Below are positions 53,459-64,000 of a DNA stretch of 64,000 bases, in pieces. The notes below the pieces were generated by a model, which was not told the DNA's origin, ran no database searches, and saw only the letters and a program-made list of their open reading frames with translations. The position numbers and the translations under genes were made by a program. The stretch lies in assembly GCA_012295275.1 (NCBI GenBank), contig CM022665.1:16864001-16928000 (forward strand), read 5' to 3'. The stretch comes from Chrysomallon squamiferum. Taxonomy: Eukaryota; Animalia; Mollusca. Each line of letters opens with the position of its first letter. Positions within the stretch are counted from its first letter, which is position 1.

Positions 53459-54373
53459 TTTATTTCACAAATATTTTGTTCCACAAATTCTCTACCAACA
53501 AACAAAACAAAATCAAACTAGCCTTCACCAAATAATTTATTTCTGACTAGTAGCACAATTGGATCAATGAGCGAATAAGCAAATTTAAATTCCATTACTG
53601 ACAATGATTAACAGATGTGTTTATTTTTTAAATTTGTTTTTCAAATTTGCACAATTTTCTGTAAATATGCATGCATGCATATATGTATCTCCAAAATCTC
53701 AGATAATTAACTGCACTTTTTAAAAAACAATTTGAACAGATTATTTTGTTAAACAATATCACCAATGCACACTGTATCACTGCTTTCAGTATCAAGAATT
53801 TAGTATTTTTGAACACAGAGTGCAAATCTTTAACTGTCTGCCAGCAGCAGCAAAAATTTTCTTCTGGACAGAAAATCACATGTGGAAATCCAGTTGTAGA
53901 TCAGTGGTTGGAATATTAAATAGCACAAGAGGCAGACTGAGAACAGCAGTTGAATAACCAGAGCCAGATTTAGAAGTGGTGAGGTCATAAGCTATGGAAC
54001 ATTTTAATGTCTCAGTAGGACAAGAGTTAACACAGAGTAAAGTTGTGTAAACATACACAGCACTTTCAGTTGGTAAGTAAATCTGACCCTGCCTGCATCC
54101 ATTCAAAGTAAGAATTTTACAACTGATTACAGTTTGTAACACTTCAAATCAGAGGTCCAGTTTTTGTTGCCTTCTAATCTGTTAAACCTGTTTTTAACAG
54201 TTTTCTTGGTTTTTGTGAAGTCACGATTTCCAACAGCCTATTGTTGTAAGCCTAATTAATTGAAAATGTTGTTCAAAATATTTGAACAACTAAATTAAAT
54301 TCAAAAACATTAAATTAGTTTGTTAAAAACTGATCATATACCCACAGGTAATCTGTTCTAATCATGTGAATAT

Positions 54374-55148
54374 TCAAATAGTGGATTGTTGGAAGGTGAG
54401 TCCATTTTCTGTTGAACCTAAGGAGATGTTACACCAGTCAGGAAGTTTTCCTGTCTTCATGTACACATCTCGTGACAGAGACCTCATTGGCAAAATCTCC
54501 AGTGCCCCAAATATAGCACCTGTTGTTAAAAAAATAATAATAATAAATTATATATATAGACAGGCAGGTAGATAGATTGATACAGATATGTATGTATGCT
54601 AAACTAAAGCTAAATAATAAACATTATGAACATGCTTCTACAGAGATTGTCCTAAAATATTTACTTTTAATTAATTAATTATTTAGCAAACTTGTTATTG
54701 TTGTAATAATATATTACAAATGTTTAATGCATTAAAATGTCTTACCTCCGAGCCAGGCAGCGTAGTTTTCTTTAGCAGGTGGTTGGTGGAACCTGAACTC
54801 TTGAATAGCTAAAACATTCTTGTATTTGGGCTGACTCATGAGATCATACAGTTCTAGTCGGAGACGATGATAAAACCCCTGCAACATCGCTGTGCCTCCC
54901 ATTATGAAAATGTTCGCAGCCAGTTTGCGGCGTGTGTCTATAGGACACTGCAAAACACATTGATCCAAGTAAGTATTGTAAATTAGAATATATATAATAT
55001 ATAATAAACTTAAAAAACCCCAGTGCAAATCTGAAGGTATATTTTGCAGACAATAAATATTTTTTGTATATCATTCTTTTCTAACAATAAAATAAGAATG
55101 TCAGAGGGTAATTTGGTTTTTTTAAATCTCACCAATTCATATACATTA

Positions 55149-55194
<46 letters not shown>

Positions 55195-58100
55195 TCCTAG
55201 ATAATGTCACAAACAAAGGCATCCTCTTACTTCTTCCCTGTATTTATCATCAACAAAACAACTTCTCCAAGTTTATTTAAAAAACAAATAAAATAGTACA
55301 AGCAAAAAAAAAAAAAAGATTTAAACTAAATTGATTATGACATAAAATAATAATAATTTTATAACAAAGTACTGTAAATTAATCCTTTTCTTTTACCTGT
55401 ATTAGTGCATCAAGTAACAAAGTTGCCACAGATTTTTCCTCATTATCTTGTTGAAACAGAACTTCACAAACATGTTCTCTAAAAAAACAAAATCAGATAT
55501 TCCATTTATTTTCATTTAATCAAATGTTTTGTTATTTCATTCAAAAAGAAACATAGAAAAAAAATTATATTACAATACTGTCTAAAACTGATCTGATAAA
55601 CTGATAAAGTTAAGTGAAAAATGAAACCTGATTTCTCCTTTTATGTTGAGCACATTACTTCCATCAAGAGGAAAAGACACATCTGGAGGTGGCTTTGGTA
55701 GCTAAAATACAGAAATATAGAAAACATTTCATAAAGGTATAAAATATGTATCTTCGTAAGTTATTTATTATTTGCAATTTTAAAAACAAAACAAAAAACA
55801 TTCCCCATTCAAAAGTAAATAAATAAATTTAAAAATATAATAATAATAATAAGTAATAAAGTATATAAATAAAAAAAGAATTATAATTTTTTTTTTTTTT
55901 TTTAGACAAGGAATAAAAGGTATGCACCTCAACATTGCTATTTCCATTAATGTAAGCTTGAATTTTCTTTGCTCTCTTGAAATTTGTAACAAAGCAACAC
56001 TGAACTGCAATGAAAAAATATATTTTTTAAAACAAATTAAAAATTGCCAACTGTAAAAAACAATTTTAAAAATATAAAACAATTTGGATTTCAAATCAAG
56101 AGTAGATAATAACTTTTTTGAATGAAAACTAAATTTCAACAAATTCAACAGACAAATTGAAAATACAGTTTAATAAATTTAGAAATTAAAATTAAAAACT
56201 GGCACTATGGAATAAAGTAATGATTGGTGTTGATCTATTTAGTCATGGAATTAAACAGAAAACAATGAACACAATGATAAAAAGTTAATAAATAAATAAA
56301 TTAAAAATTAATAATAATAATAAAAGGTTTCTTATATATTACTGATACAACAGAATGAGATTTAAACAGCAAATAAATGATAGCTTAGGGATCCCTAGTT
56401 TGAAAAAGCATCACAAAATAACAGAAAATACATACACACAGCTTTACATTTATTGTTCAGTTTAGCTACAAGCCACTCCTATATCCACATGCACATTATG
56501 ACAACTCAGTATATTTGTACGGAACAAAAATCATATTGAATACCTTTTACATTCTCCAAAACGTCTTCACTGATATCATCTGTAACATTGATAAACAAAG
56601 TTTTAAAACATTTTTAAATCACTTGTTAGGCCAACTTTAGAGTCATAAAATTAATAAATTTAAAATAAATAAATATATAGTAATAATAATAATAATGTAT
56701 GAACAACATAATAAATAAATAAATAAATAAATATTACATTATTTTGAAATCATCCCTTTCTATTATTGTTAAATTATTATCACTCTTTAAAAATATTATA
56801 AATGATTAAAATTTGTATATTTTTCATATGCATCTATTTCTCAATAATATTAATTAAAAGCTGTGCAGTAATTAAATAAAACATTAATATTAAATTAAAA
56901 AAAAAAAAAAAAATGTTTAAGCAAAGCTGCTGTTGTAAGAGAAATAGACATTTTCTGGAATCTTAGAAAAGTATCACTATAAAACCTGTATTACAAAAAC
57001 ATAAAAAATATATATATATATATATAGTAATAATAATTAAAAATAACAGTAATAATAATAATAATAATAATTATAATAATAATGTTATATTTTACAAAAA
57101 TTAATAAATAAAACAAATAACAGACATCACAACAGACAGACAGACATACCTATCACTGATGTCAGAGTGCAGGGTTCTTCATCAGAACTTTTTACTGTTC
57201 CATGTTCTTTTAGTTTGGCCTCAATCTGACTGTAAAAAAAATAAATAATATTAAGCACATACTATTTCAAATATTTAACAAACTGCTGTGTGTGTGTGTG
57301 TGTGTTATTATTAAAGGTATTGGACTATTTATCCAGGGCCCTTATACTCATGTTTGTTTTTCCACTAGCAAGTTGTATTTCTACTGGCCTTTTAAATCAA
57401 AATTGTAATAAACTGACACAAATAATCATACACCCAACAGTTATCACACAGAAAATTATTTTAATGCCTTTGGCTGGAGTTACAGCCTTTATCGACTCCT
57501 TCTGCTTCAGTATGGCACATATTGTAAAAGTACTACACTTGTGCTTCCTAGCTATGTTGACTACATGATTTTATGCTTTAATTCAATGGACATCATCTGC
57601 TTCTTCTTCTCAGCACTGTCCTTTGCACTCACTTTCTTAGGATCCAAGGAAATTTGGCAAAATACTGCAGAAAACACGAGCACAACACAACAGAGATAAC
57701 AGCGAGGTAACTACGTGATGTAAACAAGTGAGACACAGGATCCTGATCAGATGTTGTGTTGTTTGTTGCACCAATTAGCAGTGGCGTATCTGAAACTTGC
57801 TCATAACTTGGATTTTGGCTCACAACTCAAAATGCAAAATCAATCAGGCAACTGTTCTTAACTTGGAAAACTCATAAATTGGAGCACTTGTAACTGGTAT
57901 TTCCAGAAACCAGATATGAGGTTCAAATCCTTTATTATTTCAGGTGTGCCGAAGTCTGGACTTTTCAATCACTGGTATTAAAATTTTATTATTATTTTAC
58001 TTTTAAGATCTTTTATGAACACATTTTTGTTATTATTATTGTTGTTTTTGTTATTTTTATCAGTAGTGTGATAATGGTTTTAGCATCAAATTTACCATTA

Positions 58101-61100
58101 TCATCATCACAACAAGCATAAACTTTTACTAAGTAATGCCAGGTTAATATCAAATCTTACCTATGAATTGTTTTACCTCCAAGAGGAATAGCCTGCCAAG
58201 CTTTAATTATAGGAATTCCATCATAAACCTACAGCTAAGGAATAATATTTTTAAAAGTTTAGCATTTGAAAAAAGACATCAGTTTGCTGTTAGTTAATTC
58301 ATTAATCATTTAATATAAAATAAATGAAATGTAGTAAAAATAATAAAACATTATAAAGTATTTACAAATAGTATTATCTCCACATGATGCTCAAAACATA
58401 AATGAAAAATAAAACAACAACTAACGATAAGGATGAAAGTAAGTTTACAAATATGACACATAAAGTAAAACAAACAAAATAAAACATTTTAAATTTAAAT
58501 TATTATCTCTGAAGTAAGCCTCAAAAGAAATTCTAAATGAACTAATAATGAGATTAAATTTTACAAAAATGAATAAATAAAATGAATAGTTATTAATCAA
58601 AATTATTAAATATAAAAATAAACCTTTTTTTTTGTATTTGCAGCACTAGAAAAACAAAGTTATGATAAGGCTAAAAAGGATACAGGTATCACAATAGCTT
58701 CATTGTAGCCAAGATCAATTACTAAACCTGTATTCATTGCAACAGTCATTAAGCAGACCATGTGACTTGGAGCAAACAACACAGAGGCTGACTAATGGAT
58801 ATAAAAAAATTACAATTAATCATACTGATTAATAAATAAATAGTAATTTAAAAACAAACATGACAAAACAAATTTAAATATTTGCTTTACATTTTATAAT
58901 ATTACCTTCTTTCTTCTTCAACTTTTTAAAAAGATTTTATTTTTTTTAATATTTTTTTATATGTATTTTTTCATATTAGGATATATAATGATAAAATTAC
59001 CATAATGTTATGGACTTCAGTTTTCAGTTCAGTTCAGAGGATTCATGACTAGAGATGTACAAATATTAATCCAGAGATGCATCAGGCTTAAAGTCAGCAC
59101 TCTCTCCAGAGAGTTAAATATTTCTTTCTTTAGTAATAACATTCTTTATCAATCAAAATAAGCTACCTATTCAACCACCCAGCAGTTATTTTCTACACAA
59201 GACAAAAGTAATTCATGAGTTAAGTCCTACATTAGTACACACTGTATTTAAAAATAACTTGGAGTGAATGGAGCGACTCCAAGACAAAACTAAAAATCTG
59301 TAATACAAGTCAAACCAACCTTGTAATGGCAAAACAAAACCTTTGCCAGTGTTTCACGGAAACTGGTTGGACACAGAAGTGATTCCACAACAACAACATG
59401 TTTGTCTTTTGGAGTTATCAGCAAATGTCTGAAAACAAATACGATTTAATATAATTACAAGTCCAGTGACAATTTTAAAAGTCAATCAAAGAACTGTTAG
59501 AAAGAGGTCATTGCATTGTGAGTTTGGGCTGAATTTAGATAAATAACAGAGAGAGAGTTAGAGTGAGAGAGTGAGAGAAAGATAGAGAGAGAGATAATTT
59601 CCACAGTACAAATAATAAACAGCTACATATATTTACTTTTTATGTAAACAATAAAGGTTTTTACCGGAAATACAAATGGTAAAAGAAATCCTTAAGATAT
59701 TCAAACAGATCATCAGAATTTGCGTAATTCCATATTTTCACCATCTAAATATAAAAATAAATCAACGTTGAATGAAGGAATATTTATTCTGAACATCCAG
59801 ATAAATTGTCAACAGTCATTTCATATTTAACATATATCTTTTAAATCCAATATATATACAAATTCACCATTTAAACAGAAAATATAAGTTTTTGATCATT
59901 TAATGATTTCAAAGCACATAAGAACTGAAGAATAGACAAGTACATTAACAAGCCATTTCATAGACCACCTATCATATAAACCCTTAAAAGTCAAGAAATA
60001 TGCATCCATTGAAGTGGTGAAAGAGATTAAACAATTATTTTTACTGAAACTGGTGCTGTAATATATTTGTTGTGCACGTTTCTAATTGTGTGTGTTGTAA
60101 AGGTTTAATAAAATACCTTGCCAGTTTTGTTATCTTTTACTTCACTGCGTAAAATACATTTTGGAGCTGTTTCTCCTGCAAGTCCACATCTGCACAAAAT
60201 AATTAAATTATGTTAACAATGTGTTGTATTTTGGAATATTAACAGTATTAAGACTGAGGGTGTAGACTTTTAATGTACTATTTTATAAGTTTTGATATGT
60301 ATAGGAAATTTATATTATTCTACATTATGGACCATTATATAAACACAGAATTAAAAAATAGCAGACATTTCTACTTTACCTTTGTAAAATCAGAAAAACA
60401 ACAAATTAGGTATGTGACTAAAGATGTAAGTGTGCCATTGTAGAAGGTTACTTGATTTCTGTGACATGTTTTTGCTTATCTTGAAGCGTTTTCTCTCACT
60501 TGCATTTCTGTTTTGTCATTATCTGATTATATTTATATAATTTCAAAAACAACAAATATCATGACATAGTATACATATTCAGCTACATCACAGTATTTGT
60601 TTTTTGACATGTCACCTCTGATAAACAAAGAGAATCAACATACAAACTTACCATTTCAAAATGATCATCATTTGTCCAAGGTAAGCTTATTTGAGACATT
60701 AAATCATATACAAATTACAAAAAAGCATTTCTCTCAAAGAGTGCCAAATTTCATATAAATATTCATTGTAGGACAAAGTTAATCTGAATACCAAAATCTG
60801 TGATAAATTTGTTCTCAGCAAATGATCCGTCGCACCCAATGTCTTACAAAGTTTCGGGTTTCATATATTTTACCGAATATTTATGTGGCATAATGCAAGG
60901 AAAATGTGTCATGTGTGGTATGATGCTTCTAAACCTATCAAAAACTCTTTTTCTGATGTAATTAATACACATTGGTTCAACTGTTATGAAATGTTAGAGC
61001 TGTATAATGAAGGCATGCAGCAAATTAAAACTAATTAATGCTATTAACTAAATGGAAAAAATTAAGGTTAGTAAAATGCTTGAATATGTAAAGGCCCCTA

Positions 61101-61936
61101 CAATACATCAATCTTGAAAAATTATCTTGATGTATATTGGCTTAATATGAATGGAGTTTTTCAGAATTACATAATTACAGTGTAAGGTACATTTGAGCTA
61201 ATTAGTGCAATAAATTAATTAATATCCATGAATATTAGCAACTTGCTTAAAATACTGTACAGCTTTAGAACTCATCAAAAGCTTCATTTTGAAATATAAT
61301 GCATGTATTATTGTATACTGGATTAAAGCTATATGAGATATTCACTGTTTATGCTGCAAAATGATAGAAACGAATCACAGATTCTCCTTAAATTATAAAG
61401 GAAAAATACCCTCGAATTTTATTCCGATAAAGATTTGGAACTTTTGTCATATCAAACAGTGTTATCGAAGAGATGTTGCTGTTTTTTTTTAATATGTAGT
61501 TTTTTGCTCTTTGTAATGATATTTAATGTTTTAGGAAAATTATATTTTTGAAAAGTTTGTCACATACCTAAACAAATACTAAATAGTGGTAACCCGTAAA
61601 AGTTGGGCTGATATGGTCTCGATCTAAACTGCCGAATAATAATAGATATAACAATGCTTTCAAGTAAAATTATATAACTAACTATTCTATATAAAAGCTA
61701 AAATGAGAGAGCTCAGGCATCTACCAATCTCACCCTCACTCGTTCACAATCACGATGTCACGAATGTGAATGTGAGATCGATATTGATATTCAGTCGAGA
61801 TTTTCGAACATCAAACACACCAGTTTAAGATAAAAAACAAAGTGTAAAAATTAACAAACTTGGTGTATGCTGCTCCAATGTCAACTACAACGACATTCTG
61901 CTCAGCATTAAAGGTTAGTGCGTCAAATAACGGCAT
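54374..61936 (-). CDS. ACTR10: Actin-related protein 10 (dynactin Arp11), 13 exons, 403 aa
   Basis: Exons 61936-61860, 60189-60117, 59744-59665, 59428-59320, 58791-58684, 58228-58161, 57229-57150, 56579-56544, 56004-55928, 55701-55628, 55478-55397, 54947-54746, 54519-54374; 1212 nt in frame. Motifs [76 protein letters not shown]. Confidence 0.95.
57450..57900 (-). mobile_element. Tigger/pogo (CENP-B-like) transposase 5' remnant in ACTR10 intron 6
   Basis: From 57647 on minus: (L)[27 protein letters not shown] / [37 protein letters not shown], an HTH N-terminus typical of Tigger/TIGD1-like transposases; frameshifted, start codon lost. Outer boundary is approximate. Confidence 0.78.
58229..58683 (-). 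other. U12-type GT-AG intron, ACTR10 intron 5
   Basis: Minus-strand 5' site GTATCCTTTTT; TTCCTTAGC branch-like motif immediately before the TGTAG acceptor. Confidence 0.85.
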
Positions 61937-63426
61937 AATTACTAAAAATCAACAAGAATTATTTGTTTTCTCTCAAACCGGAAATAACATTTGCAAACGG
62001 ACGTAATCCAAATCAATGCATTATTTTCCCTTCTGACCATAAGAGCACTAACATTTTTACAGACGACGGATGTTTTATTGTCAAACGCTAGATTAAAATA
62101 AATACTATTAGTTAATATTTAAACTGTTCTTGTATATGTGTCTTATTCAGATGGAAAATATTTTAAAATGTGGCATGATTATTTATTTTACAAATACAAT
62201 TATTCTGTCATTAATTAAAATAGTTTTTCTATTTGATTAGCATATCCTGAACTGTTTATACAATAAAATATTTTTATTTTATTATTTTTCATTATGAATC
62301 AACTTCCATTTTAATCTGGAGATGGTAAATTTGTGATAAATCTGTTTTTGGAACAAAAATTTTAATTGTCAGAATGTATTAATAATTTTTATATTTTTGT
62401 AAAGATAAATCTTTTTATGAACATTCTTTAACTCTCAGAAAAACAATATTTGATCAAATAAGGAAGTTGTAATTTTTTAACACTTACTGAAGTTGCGAGG
62501 AAATCTTGTAAATAATATTACTGCACAATTTTCCATTCAAACCAGTCAAAAATGGAAAATAATAAATAAATAAATATCTTGGTAAAATGGAAACCATACA
62601 GAGTAAATAAAACAGCATGGCCTGTTGTTCACATTCATAAATGTGATGTAAATTGTATAATTATGCTCTAGTGCAGTCTTTTATTTTCACTTTCAAGAAA
62701 TTTACTATCATATGAACACAGAAAGAAATTCATTTTTAAACAAGTTTTATTTAAAATGTAAATAGTTCAGTATTAAACAAAACAATGACAGATCTGCTAT
62801 CATATCCCAAAATAAAATGAATGAAGTAATTATTTACAGATTATACATCAGCTCGTCACAGGACAAAATCACATACCAAAACCATTTCTACATCAAGCTG
62901 TGAGTCAATGTTTAGAACACAATTTTATAACTTATTACAGTTTGTCACGCTTCAAATCAGAGATCTAGTTTTTGTATTGCCCTCTAATCTGTTAAACCTG
63001 TTTTTAACTGTTTTCTTGTTTTTTTGTGAAGTCATGGTTTCCAAAAGTCAAATAGGCTGACCAATAGCGTTGTAAATCTGAACGAATATGTTGATAAAAA
63101 TATTTAAAGTTATAAGATAAATTCAAAATGATTAAATTGTTTATCCAAGTTTATTAAATAACTGGTTGCACACCCTCAAATATTTATCTAAGATAAAAAC
63201 AAAATTCAAAATAAGTTGAGGATCCAAGTCTGACACACTGCTAAACAGATACTTAAACTCACACAAGAAGAAAGCATAAATTATTAGACTGACAAAGTGG
63301 CCAGTATATCAATTTAAAAAACAACAACCTCAAACCATCAAGTCAGTTCAAACAACATATTGTCTCATGAAATCGTAAATTAAGTTCAAAGAGATCATAC
63401 ATATTCATGTGTTTGACCATGAATAT

Positions 63427-64000
63427 TCAACAGTTGAAGGTTAGTCCATTTTCTGTTGAACCTAAGGAGATGTTACACCAGTCAGGAAGTTTTCCAGTCT
63501 TCATGTACAAATCTCGTGACAGAGACCTCATTGGCAAAATCTCCAGTGCCCCAAATATAGCACCTGTTGTTAAAAAAATAATAATAATAAATTATATATA
63601 TAGACAGGCAGGTAGATAGATTGATACAGATATGTATGTATGCTAAACTAAAGCTAAATAATAAACATTATGAACATGCTTCTACAGAGATTGTCCTAAA
63701 ATATTTACTTTTAATTAATTAATTATTTAGCAAACTTGTTATTGTTGTAATAATATATTACAAATGTTTAATGTATTAAAATGTCTTACCTCCGAGCCAG
63801 ACAGCGTAGTTTTCTTTAGCAGGTGGTTGGTGGAACCTGAACTCTTGAATAGCTAAAACATTCTTGTATTTGGGCTGACTCATGAGATCATACAGTTCCA
63901 GTCGGAGACGATGATAAAACCCCTGCAACATCGCTGTGCCTCCCATTATGAAAATGTTCGCAGCCAGTTTGCAGTGTGTGTCTACAGGACACTGCAAAAC
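63427..64000 (-). CDS. ACTR10: Second ACTR10 copy, last two exons only (rest outside window)
   Basis: Exons 63991-63790 and 63563-63427 are nearly identical to 54947-54746 and 54519-54374; frame open; ends GLTFNC*. Confidence 0.88.

Noticed and set aside
60780-61460. Possible DNA-transposon relic in ACTR10 intron 1
   Set aside because: The sequence texture is suggestive, but I could not find termini, TSDs or coding remnants.

Overview
AT-rich, microsatellite-dense animal genomic DNA. An invertebrate, possibly a mollusc, is an inference only. Most long ORFs in the track are simple-repeat artefacts; the real genes had to be assembled exon by exon. Contents: (1) a complete 35-exon xanthine dehydrogenase gene on + (11169-35086, ~1335 aa) whose introns 2 and 3 both carry U12 (minor spliceosome) signals; (2) inside its introns, a rearranged Sola2-type DNA transposon relic, a tandem pair of tRNA-derived SINE-like units and a minisatellite; (3) an unannotated protein-like minus-strand exon pair at 37.5-38.6 kb with two in-frame stops; (4) a 3-exon atypical Cdc42/RhoQ-like GTPase lacking a CAAX box (-, 43815-47370); (5) an orphan ORF at 48954-49523; (6) LINE and Tigger relics; (7) a complete 13-exon ACTR10 gene (-, 54374-61936) with a U12 intron, plus the 3' end of a second tandem ACTR10 copy running off the right edge. 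All coordinates were read by eye and no database searches were run.
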